Source: Octopus bimaculoides (Eukaryota). From it: a stretch of DNA of 64,000 nt. This document shows, in pieces, positions 13,858-27,200 of this stretch. The DNA is taken from positions 31,845,661 to 31,909,660 of the forward strand of contig NC_068992.1 in the NCBI RefSeq assembly GCF_001194135.2, given 5' to 3'. The first letter of the stretch is position 1. Each line of letters starts with the position of its first letter. Both the position numbers and the translations under genes were made by a program. The notes beneath the pieces are model-generated. The model made no database searches. It was given only the letters and a program-made list of their open reading frames with translations, and was not told the DNA's origin.

Positions 13858-14231
13858 AATTTGTTTTAGTCGTTTGACTGCAGCCAAGCTAAAGTACTGC
13901 TCTCAGTCGAACAAATCGACAACAGAACTTATTTTTTATAAGCCTAGTACTTATTCTATCGATCTCTTTTGCCGAACCGCTAAGTAATGGGGACGTAAAT
14001 ACACCAACATCGGTTGTGAAGCAATGGTTGGGGGACAGACACAGAGACACAAACATACACACACACACATATATACGGCGGACATCTTTCAAATTCCGTG
14101 TATCAAACCCATTCACAAAGATTTAGTCGGCCCGATGCTATAGAAGACACTTACCCATTGTGCCACGCAGTGGGACTGAACCGAGAATCATGTGGAAGGA
14201 AATTTCTAACAACACAGATACTCCTGCGCCT
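13858..14231 (-). mobile_element. SINE family 1, near full-length
   Basis: Reverse complement aligns with 1516-1960: tail, internal CA tract (14060-14075), CORE-like segment, head ending ...CTCCTGCGCC. Confidence 0.85.
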
Positions 14232-15466
14232 ATATGGATACTTTTCTTATTTAATACTTATTTCAGAAACTCAAGATGTATGCATCAGAGAACTATACAC
14301 TAAATCTCAGAATTAAACTATAAAGTGATTGGATAGGCTTATATAGCACACCATGTACTAAGTTGCAATTCTTCAGGTCAGCATGACTTGTCCCTGAAAA
14401 TAATTTGATATAAAATCAAGAAAATAACAAGAAAGCATAACAACAAAGAAGAGGAATTGCATATTAGGAAATGGGAAGTCTGTTGTGCTTCTTTTAGTAG
14501 GACACATCAACCGCTGAATATTTATAGATAAATATTATCAACGTTCTCCTTCTAAGGGAGGAATTATACACCACATTTGACTCAGTTTTTCTCCAACTCT
14601 GCGTTTTCCGATTTTTCGTTTCTTGTTTTTGTTTTTATTTTCTGGTTTTATTTTGCCAATTCTCAGAGATCCACTTTGTTATTTTCAGTCAGATCGTTCG
14701 CAGGACAACATGAGTGTCCGTTCGTTTCCTATATTAACGGAGCAATGTATGATCGTTCATTTATAAATTCAATGTTTATTACTTAGCACTTGTATCTTGC
14801 TAGATGTACTACAATTTCCTAGATAAGATCAACAGCAAAACACCTTACATTTACCTCATCCACACACATAAATATACATAGACATAAATACATATGCATA
14901 TGTACGTATATATACATGTATACATGTGCATATATATATATATATACANNNNNNNNNNNNNNNNNNNNNNNNNNNNNNNNNNNNNNNNNNNNNNNNNNNN
15001 NNNNNNNNNNNNNNNNNNNNNNNNNNNNNNNNNNNNNNNNNNNNNNNNNNNNNNNNNNNNNNNNNNNNNNNNNNNNNNNNNNNNNNNNNNNNNNNNNNNN
15101 NNNNNNNNNNNNNNNNNNNNNNNNNNNNNNNNNNNNNNNNNNNNNNNNNNNNNNNNNNNNNNNNNNNNNNNNNNNNNNNNNNNNNNNNNNNNNNNNNNNN
15201 NNNNNNNNNNNNNNNNNNNNNNNNNNNNNNNNNNNNNNNNNNNNNNNNNNNNNNNNNNNNNNNNNNNNNNNNNNNNNNNNNNNNNNNNNNNNNNNNNNNN
15301 NNNNNNNNNNNNNNNNNNNNNNNNNNNNNNNNNNNNNNNNNNNNNNNNNNNNNNNNNNNNNNNNNNNNNNNNNNNNNNNNNNNNNNNNNNNNNNNNNNNN
15401 NNNNNNNNNNNNNNNNNNNNNNNNNNNNNNNNNNNNNNNNNNNNNNNNNNNNNNNNNNNNNNNNNN

Positions 15467-15509
<43 letters not shown>

Positions 15510-16089
15510 TGCACTCCTGTGTATGGGGAGAATCATTCTCTTTTAGTGCTTTATAATTTAACACTCACCGGTAAAATTTCCTCTCATTTATTTATTTTTT
15601 CTAATATTTTCGTTCAGTCTTGCAAACATTTTCAATAGTTGTTGATTGTCCGTTATTCAAACTGCGTTATTTCTGTTTGTTTATGCGCATATCCCTGGGT
15701 CAGTGTGTGAGCGCATGCACATGTATGAATATATGCATGTATGCCTGAATGCATTTAAGTGTGTGTATGCATGTATGTGTGTGTGTGTGCGTATGTATAT
15801 ATGTATATATGTATGTGTGTACGTTTCTATGTATGCATTCTGCATATTCATGTGTCTGTATGGTTGTGTTCGTGCTTGAGTGTTTTTATATTTGAGTGTG
15901 AGTGAGTGTGTGTGTTTGTATGGCCATGCATTTCCATTTTCACTTGTATATATGTGTGCATGTATGCTTGTGTGTTCATATTACCTATGTACCTATCCGT
16001 CTCTATGTCTATCTCTGTACTTTCATATCCATATACCTACATACAGGTGCATATAGATATGCACTTACACTCATATACATCTATCTATA

Positions 16090-17370
16090 TAGCGGTCCAC
16101 TAACTATTCTACCTGTATATAAACTGTTGGTATGTTTCCTATTTAGTATTGGGGGTGCTTCATTTATGAGGACTTACTCGTGTATTTTTCTGAATGTTGT
16201 GTCCTTTGGGTGCTTGGATAAAATGCAGATGTCAAGGGGATCCATGTTGCCTCCATGTTGGTCCTTGGCATGTTGGTAGAGTATGGAGGACTTTTTTGTA
16301 TTTTTTGTTTGTGATATTGTCTCAAATGTGCATTTAGTCTTTCTCAATGCTCCTAGATGTATCCCCCACGTATGTCATGTTCATAACTTTACAACCAGCT
16401 TCTTTGCATCTTATGCTGTAGACTACACTTCTAGTTCTACAGTTAACGCCAGGGCTAACCCTATATCTGATGCAGTTATCATCGGTGTATATGGTATTCC
16501 CAAAGGGGTACGTCCTACGTAGCTGTGATCTGATGGAGTTCCCTGACTCTTCAACAATCTTAACGTAGAGTTTGGTCTCCTTAAAGCTTTCCTAAATCAA
16601 CATGCTACTTCTCCATGGGCTGTGGCTTCTACAAACATCATTCTTTGATAGTTGTCGGATTTATACCACGTGTTCACCCCATTTGCTTTGTTACACGCTC
16701 TTTGTATCCTCTCCCAGTCTTTGCTTTTATATTCTAGGGTAGGAACCACTGGTTTCATTACATATAATGCTATCGAAATTCTTTCTAGCACCCCTTTAGA
16801 TCGGAACCCTATCTTTCTGATCATATCCAGAGAATTGCATGCAATGTATGAAGTTCTGTACATGTTTCTTTGTTTCATAGGTTTTGCATAGGTGGTACAC
16901 GTTGTTCATTATCCTAAGTCTGCTATCAATGTGTTAATTTTCATGTTGTGTGACAAATCTGACCGCTTGTGAACAACATATTTCAAAGCTGTGTTTGATG
17001 TAACAGGAGTGGAGGGGCTGCAATCTGTTGTTCACAATCTCTAACCAAACTTTCAGTATCAAACACAGGGAATGTATTGAGGGGTTGCCTAGTGGGGTAA
17101 TCTATAGTTACCTTGATACTTTGATGGATTGACTTAGCTACTTACTGGAAGCCCTCCATTATGTTGCTCTCAGTTTATACATTACCATTATCAGAGTTGG
17201 TCTTAACTATGATATTAATGTCATCTACATACCTACTGTAAAGTAACTGGGGATGCCGCCGGCCTCTGCATGACCTGGTGGGACAGAAAACTTAAGCAAT
17301 CCTTAGCAGATCAGTCCAGAACTATTTTACTTAACAGTAGGTGTGTAGATGATATTGATATCATAGTTAG
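16090..17370 (-). mobile_element. Penelope-like element 2 (RT 3' half + GIY-YIG), 5'-truncated with inverted 5' piece
   Basis: Minus: YSRYVDDINII (17208-17240), DYPTRQP, KINTLIADL..NNVYHLC..HVQNFIHCMQFSGYDQKDR, VVYSIRCKEAGC..TYVGDTSRSIEK (~16340-16430), INEAPPILN (~16145-16170). Plus strand 17243-17370 reads TGDAAGLCMTWWDRKLKQSL..SRCVDDIDIIV. Confidence 0.85.
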
Positions 17371-20300
17371 TTAATACCAATATAATTAAGCCGGCTTCTA
17401 ACCTAGATCGAAGGCTCCCTCATTGGAAGTTCAACATCAGTAACAGAGCATTCTTTGTGTGTATATATGCATGTATGCATATATATATATGGGCATATTT
17501 GAATATTTTGTTTCATGTATGTATTCTCATGCATATAATTGCATATCTAGAAATTCTCATTTATATTTAAATTATAAACTTTCCGAAAGTTTTACAGATT
17601 TGTACAGTTGCAACGAAAAATTTGATGTGTGGTCTTCGAATTAGCTTTCTCCTTTCTGATTTTGAGAAGCCTAATTTCTCAAGATTGGCATTTAGACAGT
17701 GCGAATGTATGTATATATGTATGTATGTGTATGCATGCATGTATGTATGTATTATGTAATTTTGTGAACTAATGAGTAGTGTGTTCATTAGTGTGTTGAT
17801 TACTTTACGTTTAGAGTTGGGCCTCTTGTGACATCCTCGGCTTGGGTATATTTCCGCTTGATCTTTATCAGGAACTCTGCAGTGTTAGTTAAGATAATAA
17901 TTGATGAAGGAAACAAGATAGATTTAGCACTAGTCTTTATTCAGTACGACTATCTTTGCGACACATTCTGTAACTGCCTGTCATGGGTAGGATTCTATGC
18001 TTCTAACAGTGTTGCATCAATCTCAGCAGTCTCACATAAATTACATACATAAAAAGATGACGTCCCGCTAGATATCCTGAGATGTCCAAGACATGTTGCT
18101 CGGGGCCGGTGTACTTTTGTTATGACGATCTACAGTTGCCCGTGAGTATAAAGTTAAAATTCTATAATCAGAAAATATAGAGCGTACCACATATCAAAAA
18201 GATTACATGTAATCCTACTCATTAACGGCCGTTGCAGAATGGGTCGAAACGATCAGCGTACTAAATAAAGACTTGTGCTGAATCTATCTTCCTCTTCCGC
18301 TACATTCATTAATTCAAATTATATATAAATATATGTGTTTGTGCGCGTGCGTGTGTGTAAATACATAAATCAATAAATACACACACACACATACATACAC
18401 ACACACGCATACACACACACACACACACANNNNNNNNNNNNNNNNNNNNNNNNNNNNNNNNNNNNNNNNNNNNNNNNNNNNNNNNNNNNNNNNNNNNNNN
18501 NNNNNNNNNNNNNNNNNNNNNNNNNNNNNNNNNNNNNNNNNNNNNNNNNNNNNNNNNNNNNNNNNNNNNNNNNNNNNNNNNNNNNNNNNNNNNNNNNNNN
18601 NNNNNNNNNNNNNNNNNNNNNNNNNNNNNNNNNNNNNNNNNNNNNNNNNNNNNNNNNNNNNNNNNNNNNNNNNNNNNNNNNNNNNNNNNNNNNNNNNNNN
18701 NNNNNNNNNNNNNNNNNNNNNNNNNNNNNNNNNNNNNNNNNNNNNNNNNNNNNNNNNNNNNNNNNNNNNNNNNNNNNNNNNNNNNNNNNNNNNNNNNNNN
18801 NNNNNNNNNNNNNNNNNNNNNNNNNNNTATATATATATATATATATATATGAAATTCAGACAGTAGATTTTTCACAATAGCCTATTCTGGCGAGGTAAAA
18901 AGTTTAGTCTTGTATAATGATTTAATGTTTTTCTTTTTCAAACGATTGTATGTTATGAATGAATCGCGTGCAGTTCTACTTCGCAAATTTTATAATTATT
19001 ATTATGACTAGTTATCCAAATATACTCACTAGTATTTTGTCTATCTTTACCTTCTGAGTTCAATTGTCTCTAACAGCGAAATTGACTTAGTTACTTTGGA
19101 CGTCGATAAAATAATAATTACGAATTGAGAGCTATGATCAGTGCAAAGAACTAGGCGTCACCCCAAATCGCCAGTTCTTGTGCTTATAGCGTTGAGAATT
19201 ATTAATATTAAATTAGTGAAAGGCAGTTAGCAAATCCAGACGAAATGCTTAACAACATTTCTTCATTTGCCCATTCTTTTAAGGATGAAAGTGATACTTC
19301 ACATGAGTAGAAAATAATTATAAACCTTTGATTGTTAAACAAAGATACTCTGCAGCATTTTCCCATTTATTGGAATTGAATGGAAACTTCTTTTTAATTT
19401 TCGCTAAATCATTACACCTTCTTCAAGTATTTTCAAGACAAATTCTTATGGAATTCAACGGTGTCAAAATAGAATTGACTCAAAAGTTGAGAATGGAATT
19501 ATATCCGTTCAAGTGACAACCTTTCAACGAACAACGTCGTCTCAGCCGTAGGTTACTAATACTGAGGGAAAATTATAAAGATTTCCCGATACAAAATAAT
19601 GAAGGCTTCCACAAAGGCGGTGAAAATGTAGACATATGTGAACACAGACGAGAAAGTGATAAAATAACACACTTTCTTTCGAAAGGTCTAAACGTTTTTC
19701 AAACACACTAATTTAGGTTTCATGTCGTTTTCCATACGTCAAAGAATTGACGATTGTATAGAGAATGGCATTCAAATAAACTACCTGAGAATGATAAATT
19801 TTCTAAACTTACGGCATTCATGTGGTTGACGGAATGCATTTCAAGAATCTCCTACAGAAAGCCTTTCTTCAATTTGTTTCGTGGAACTCTTAAGTTGTAT
19901 TTACTACGCCTTTCTCGTCCACTAATGTGTTTAATAATTGGAAACGTCAGCAACACGATTTTAGCTTCACACAGCTCAGGCATGACAGACACTAAAGAAG
20001 AAATTACAATGCATTAAGGACATATTCTCATACAATTCCTGGTTGTGTTTCCTATCGATTACCTTCACATTTACTCACCGTGGTTAAGGTTCTTTGTCCT
20101 AAATTCAGAAGATCTAAATGTAAAAAGTCATTTCAACAAATACATAAACCATGTAGGAAATGCGTCTGCAATAAAAGATTATACCTCATTAATGTAATAT
20201 TATTCATGATTTGAATTCTTTGATTTCCTTATTTTATAATAGGAATATCTTAGTAAAATGCATTGTGAAACCAGAAAAAAATTCAGCAATACCTGTTCAG

Positions 20301-23176
20301 CACAAAAATGTTGAAGTCGATATCATCAATACAGATACATTAAAAGTATTTCTAGAAGACGAAAGGGTTCTGTATAATCATGACCCAAAATAGGTTAACC
20401 TTTCAGAATTCACTACAGAATCCTTAACATTACTAACTGTTTCAGGTTTTCTATCACGCACATTAACATTGAAGGCTAATGCTATTATTATCACCCTACA
20501 AATGTGTGATTGTTCATATTTATTTTTTCAAAATATCGAAAAAACAATTCATTCAGACAAAAACTGACGTCTCTCGTTACATAATTTAATTTTAATCTTC
20601 TTTAGTTAATTTGAGTGAATTTTACAAAACAAAAATGTGTTATACTATGCAGAGAAATGTGTCTAATCCTTTATAATGTAATGTGGACTGGTGTAATAGA
20701 CTGAGTAGTGTCATTCAAGTGTGATATTTATAATTATCATGTCTTTTATATATATCACGAACTGTTTATTCACGTATTCCTCGTTGATATACATATATAA
20801 ATCAGTCTATATTCAAGTATTCGTGGTTTATATAGATATATGAATGAGACTGGGTACGTGTAATTTTCTTCATCTAACACCGTAGCTTTCATATTTGGAT
20901 AATTGCTCAACTTACAGCTTGCTCGGTTTAAAGTTTAGCACTGTTTTGAAAGAATGTATGTATATAAGAGTAATATTATATGCACGTCTTAAAAATCCAG
21001 TTATAGCGACGTTTGTAAATGTAAAGCTTTGAATGCCAGAGTCACTTAACGTGATATATCGTTACGCAATGTTATATATTTGTGTTTCCCATACCTACAA
21101 AGCCATCTTGCAAAGTACAGTAGTTTACAATAAAGTGTAATTGACTAAAGTCTGTGTATATGCGTAGGACGACCGTTTATCTTTTGGAAGGTATTTACAT
21201 TTCGGTGCCTCTTTTTCTGACTAAAATTCAATCGAACTTGCACTCCAGAAAAGGAAAAAGCGCTATCATAACTTATTAATCAGTAAGTATGTTCAAATAA
21301 CAGATATATTCACCTTAATTCTACAAATGGTGTGCTGGCCTTTATTCATATTAAGTATCAAGTACAGAATTACTTTCTCACTTATTGGACTCCACTGTGG
21401 TTGACCAACGGCTGCTAAGCTGTACGGCGTTGAAAATTTTGAAAAAATATTTGACAGTGATATCATTGATATTTCGTCTTGTGCTGGAAACAGATGCTTG
21501 CACATCTAAAAGCGCATAAATCAATAAAGATAGCTTTTGAATAGATTTCAAAAATGTCGTGTTATATCTTCGCTTCGTGCATTAAAGGAGAAACAACGTT
21601 TTCATTGTAAAACGATATTTATCATTCCTCAGCAACTATGTTATCTTTTTACAAACTTCATACACTATCAAAATAAGTATTATTCTTCGAAGTAAATAAA
21701 CAATATTTGATGCGATTAGAGTGTGTATTGTTATTCAACAGAAGCGGATTTCTATGAAGATACTCTATGATGTGCTACATAAATATTTTTGATCTATGAA
21801 GAATAGATATTTAGTAAAATGCTCGATTAGTTCTCTGCAATAATGTAGCTAGCTAACTAGAAAGCTTGGTTGTATTTAAAATTTTATTTATTTTACTCTA
21901 TTATTGCTTCGAAAGATAATGGAATTCCATACCTGAGAAAATAAATAGAATCGGCTGAGAGTTTTTAGTCTTTTTCAAAACATATTTTTCGAAATTTCTA
22001 TGATTTTGAAAGACACACTAATAATTAAAGAATTGTCTATTAATCTGGGTACACATTATGTAAATAACAATATGATTGCAACGAATTCGTGAAATATTGG
22101 ATGTTGAAAAAAGCGTCATTTCTACTTCTGCATGTCATAACTGAAATGTGGTTATCCTATCTACTCACCGTCGAATGTATCGAAATTAATCCTTAAACAC
22201 AATACACGTTTATGGATGATATACAAACAGACGTGTATGTTTGTTAAATACCCGTGAATATACGAGCAAACTTCCTAACATTATATACATATAATATGGA
22301 TATATAAAATGCGAGAAACATATATTAATCATTCGTTCTTCGCCCTTTGAGTGCTACAGAAAATATACTTTCCCGATTTCTTGCATTATGCGTGTCTTCC
22401 CCACATATTAAGAAATATAAAAGTTAGTAAAACTTAAAATATTCTCAAACACATATATTGTTAGAAATAAGAGCTATTTTAACAGCGATAATGCACTAAG
22501 ATCGTTTATACTAATTGTTCTTGATCAAATTAAATGAAAACAAATCTCACAGCAGTTGGAGAAAACCTCCGTGTAACATAAATGAAATTCTCAGTAATAC
22601 ACTGAGAAATATAGATGGTAGAGAGAGTTGAGGGGAAAATGATACATATTAAAAAGTCACCTTCATGCAAGAGTCTATATCATGTTTACTTCGGCAACAA
22701 CAGAAATGCTCACTACCGCTTATGTTATTTGCATTACAACAATAGAATAAATAATTTCATTCCCATCAAATAAATAATTTTACAAGCTTATACGTATATA
22801 TGCCTGTACAGGGTAACACATATTCCGAGAATTAACGTTTTGCAACTCACTCCTATCTCTTATCCAGAGTACGTACTCCAAACCACTGTTAAAATATACT
22901 GGCTAGGGCCTTAAATCTGAAAGCGGCAGCTAAGTGAATAAGAAAGTTAAGTCCCAATGACGTAACTTCCAAGGACCAAATGCGTGAGAATTGATTTATA
23001 TATTGACATTTCATTTTTTATCTACAATTTCATCCCCGAATAACGTAAGGCTTTGAGATTAAAAGCCCCATAATATTTCATTTAACATTTTCTGTTGATC
23101 GCTGGATTTGCTTTTCCAATTTTGACAGAGAATCATTTCGTACATTCATTATCATAAGATTCTGAATGCATATAAT

Positions 23177-23640
23177 AAGGTGTTAGCCATAAATTCCTTA
23201 GCAGTCCCAGTTGATCTTTATACCTTCAATGTGCTCAACTTGAATACCAATGAAATAATCAAAATTGATAGAAACATCCGCAAACCACTGACTTGTAATA
23301 AAATGCACCACCCAAAGGCAGACATGGATCGTCTTTACCTTCCCAGAGCTCAGGGAGGTCGAGGCTTGAACTAGCTTGAACTTACGTACAAAACCACCAC
23401 AATCGGACTGGCCAAATACCTTTAAACAACCAACGATTGGATGCTGAAACTTGTTGAACAACATGTAAGACCGAAGAAACTTCACTCTATTCTGAAAGAG
23501 AGCAAACAATTCGCTACTGATCACTTAGAAACCCACCAGTTTGGTCAGGCTGAAGGAAATCGGCCAACTGCTGCTGCAAAGAAAATAAAATTAATTGGAA
23601 AAGCACATGAAAAATTAGCTAGCAGATGGGAACAATTTCT
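23177..23640 (+). mobile_element. R4/Dong-like non-LTR retrotransposon fragment (post-RT region), decayed
   Basis: AINSLAVPVDLYTFNVLNLNTNEIIKIDRNIRKPLTCNKMHHPKADMDRLYLPRAQGGRGL matches the AIN..AVP..Y.F..W...E...DR..RK.L....HHPKAD.DRLYLPR..GGRGL block; in-frame stops follow. Confidence 0.8.
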
Positions 23641-24261
23641 AGACAATCAACTAGAAATAATATTTGCTCCGACGTGTCCTTGGGAAAAACGTTGCAAATG
23701 TAAGTGCTTGCTTTACATTTTAATTTGAACTTATGTATATTGATGTACAATATTTGAACCACACATTTCAACTATGGGAAACCAGGATTCTATCTAAATT
23801 CGTGTTATATGATTACATTACCGAACATATCCACTAATATTCCCAATTAGTATGAAATGGTATGATAATAACTAGTACTTTTTTTATTCAGATATGTTTT
23901 CCTCGTTTTTCTAATTTTGTACTTAAATAGTTTTTGTTATCCTTATCAATAAATTAATTAAGAGCGTTTCAGATGAAGGATTAAACCTTCACTAGTTTGA
24001 ACAAAATCATGTAAGTAATAGATATATTTAGGGGAGTTTAGTAACGATGGCAGATAAGACTTTTGAGTTTAATATACTTGCTACCATCATCCACTTTCCA
24101 TTATGAAAAGGGAGTAAGGGATATCCTTCATAAGCGAAAGAAAACATAACAAATATAGATTGCGTTTTATTTTTCAGGATATTCTTAATGAGGCAAGGTA
24201 TAAATAACGAGTAACTCGTTAATGAGGCAAGGTATAAATAACGAATAACAGCATATTCAGC

Positions 24262-24272
24262 AGCAGCATCAT

Positions 24273-24359
<87 letters not shown>

Positions 24360-24371
24360 CAGTAGTAGTAC
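24262..24371. repeat. Compound microsatellite (CAG)(CAT)n(CAG)n(TAG)n
   Basis: Directly visible. Confidence 0.97.
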
Positions 24372-25476
24372 ATAGAAATCTTGCGTATTACAGTTTGGCG
24401 ATATTATATAATTTACTGGTACACTATTTTGATGAGAATGCTGCGAAGTTAACAAATGTCAACTGCGTTCTGTGAACTCATTCTGTATAATACAAACACG
24501 TACATAGCTTTCTCTTAAATAGGTTAGCAATTGCAACATCGTTATTATTGTGCTACTCTTCGATAATACGAACGGTGTTTTCAGTGTTCAGCAAAATATT
24601 AATTACTTTAATAAAATGATCTACTTATTCTGAAGTTAAAAGTAATATAAATTTGAATAAATTAAATTAATATTTTTTTATCATCAATTCTGTATTTTCA
24701 CGTGATTTTCTTCTCCATATCACATTGTAATTTATTTCGGGCTGCCACGAAAACTACATAGGGTCCACAGGATTATCGCTCAGACGTAGATGCACTCTGC
24801 ATCGACAGCAGATTGCATGCCCAGAATACTGAATGATACATTTTAGTGAGCATATTGAGAAATGCGCGAAACAAATACTACCACAATGTATAATCTTTCC
24901 TTTCTATCAATGTGCCATTAGAACACCAACACAAATTAGATTAAATAAGGAAACCTTTATCATTCAGAAATACAAACCCAAACTTAACCATTGCTAACAC
25001 ATTTAAATAAAGAAATTCATCACCCCACTGAGAAGGAAAAATATATAGAACAAAACCATGGTAAATTAATCAAATTCTACCACCTCCTAGATTTCGATTA
25101 TCTCCCTTATACCGGAAGAAATCCCTAATTACCTCCCCCTATCTAGAACTCTTCTTTTTAGACTGGAGCGAACACATATTACAATGAAGTAGAGAAATTT
25201 TAAAAGACAACACGAAACAGGTTATTTCTCCAAATACAATGTTTATATACCNNNNNNNNNNNNNNNNNNNNNNNNNNNNNNNNNNNNNNNNNNNNNNNNN
25301 NNNNNNNNNNNNNNNNNNNNNNNNNNNNNNNNNNNNNNNNNNNNNNNNNNNNNNNNNNNNNNNNNNNNNNNNNNNNNNNNNNNNNNNNNNNNNNNNNNNN
25401 NNNNNNNNNNNNNNNNNNNNNNNNNNNNNNNNNNNNNNNNNNNNNNNNNNNNNNNNNNNNNNNNNNNNNNNNNNNN

Positions 25477-25509
<33 letters not shown>

Positions 25510-25581
25510 TATATACATATATATACATATACATATATGTGTGTGCGAATGTATGTGTGTATGTGTGTGAATGCCTTTATG

Positions 25582-25790
25582 CCTGTGTTTGTCCCTCGTT
25601 ACCGTTTGACAATCGGCGTTGGTGTGTTTACGTCCCCGTAACTTACCGGTTCGGCAAAAGTAATCAATAGATTAAGTATTAAGATCTAAAAAAATTGCCT
25701 TGGCATCGACTTGTTCGACTAAAACCGTCGAAGCTGAGCTACACCATGCCACAGTCAAACGATTGAAACAAGTAAAAGAATAAAAGAATT
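25582..25790 (+). mobile_element. SINE family 1, 3' half (head may lie in the gap at 25252-25477)
   Basis: GGTGTGTTTACGTCCCCGTAACTTACCGGTTCGGCAAAAG...CAGTCAAACGATTGAAACAAGTAAAAGAATAAAAGAAT. Confidence 0.8.
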
Positions 25791-25849
25791 AAAGTATGAC
25801 TCAGTGAAGACTTAAAAATTACGATGACGCGTTAACATTAAGAAAAAGA

Positions 25850-27200
25850 AGCAAATCCATCCTGCTAAGATGTGAGGAGAAAACCATAAATGATTTCAAT
25901 GAATACGATTTTAATTAACCATAACAACGCTCAAAGAAAACTACAAACTTAAAAGGATTGCCTCAGAAAATACAAAAATGAGAAACAGATAAATAACAAT
26001 TAAGAAGGCTGATAAAGTAAATGCAGTAGTCTTGAAGGACACAGAATAATAGTGTGGTATTCATATTAGAAGACAATCCATGCTATAGAAAGACGCCAAA
26101 CTAAAGTAAACAGAAATTGAGAAACACTAGCTTAATAATAAAACTTTGCTGGGAAGAATTGATCGACAAAGATTACGTCAATATTACCAACTTCAGATGT
26201 ACGTCTGCAGTCTTCTATGCCATACATCCATGTACATAAAAGTGGAAATATATGTGAAACATGCAAAGAAGTCACTGGCATAATACATTAATATCTGATT
26301 ACCAAATGGTGTGAAACTGGAAATCGATAATTGCTTTTCCTGTGTGTGTGTGTGTGTGATTCCGCTCAAGCCATTTCAAAATCACAATCAGAGGTTTCTT
26401 CATAACATAACTAAGAGAAGCTAAACTTTCTCCCGAAAACACTCACCAAAAAATCTTTGATAGACTCTAGTGATGTAATGAGTTTCTATCCAAATGCCTC
26501 TTGCGACTTAACAATTGTGATCTTTAAATTCTGTTTTGATAATTAAGCACGTGATTTTCCACATCACCATATTGCATAAAACAACAAATTGCAATAGGAC
26601 TAAAATGTTTTCAAGAAACTAAATACCTTATATTCAATGACACCTCTTTCAACAAAATCCTATAGCTGCAACGCGGACGAAAACGATCCCACGTTTGCGA
26701 ATCTACTCATAGATCACCATGAGATTACGTTATTCCCTAAAGAATGGGAAGTTAATTCTCCATATACATACAAGAAAAATTGATATTACCTTGAAAAGTG
26801 GTTCATTCAAATGAAGGAAATCAGAGAGATGCTAAATGAATTGCAAACACTTCTCACTGGAAATAATAATATTCAATTTAGTAGGAGATATAGCCCTAAC
26901 GCAGTCGAAGTTGTTATAATGAAAGTCAATAACCGAAAGCGAGTAGTGCATTTACTGCAAAAATGATAGAATCTCAACAATATATTCCATTCCGTTTATG
27001 CTATTCGAAACACACCAGAATAAATATCCGTTATATCCTTACCAAAATTATTTGTATAATAGTATTCGATACAAACATCCGAATTCTTTAATCTAGACTG
27101 TCGTTCAGCGAGTCAAGAAATCCAGTGCATATTTTTGTGAAAGTAAAGAGAACGATCTAAAATAGCATTGCTGGTCAACCAGGAAATATAATGAAATTGC
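25850..27200 (+). mobile_element. Penelope-like element 4, RT region, very decayed
   Basis: ITIKKADKVNAVVLKD (25993-26040), VHK remnant (~26235), DVMSFYPNA (26472-26498), PTFANL (~26688-26706), YIP/H-T-RINI-type block (~26980-27040). Boundaries approximate. Confidence 0.65.

Noticed and set aside
14819-15638. Long ORFs full of X (also 8625, 18309, 25139, 30174, 54808, 62345)
   Set aside because: They are artefacts of reading through N-gaps and dinucleotide repeats.
17830-18050. Possible L2/CR1 3' remnant (ILFPSSII resembling SFFPSTI)
   Set aside because: A single weak motif is too little to call.
19045-19265. Very decayed SINE family 3 pieces
   Set aside because: Similarity is short and scrambled; not listed as a feature.
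22804-22830. TACAGGGT, a possible Tc1 left TIR
   Set aside because: The match is only 8 bp, with no transposase or partner TIR nearby.
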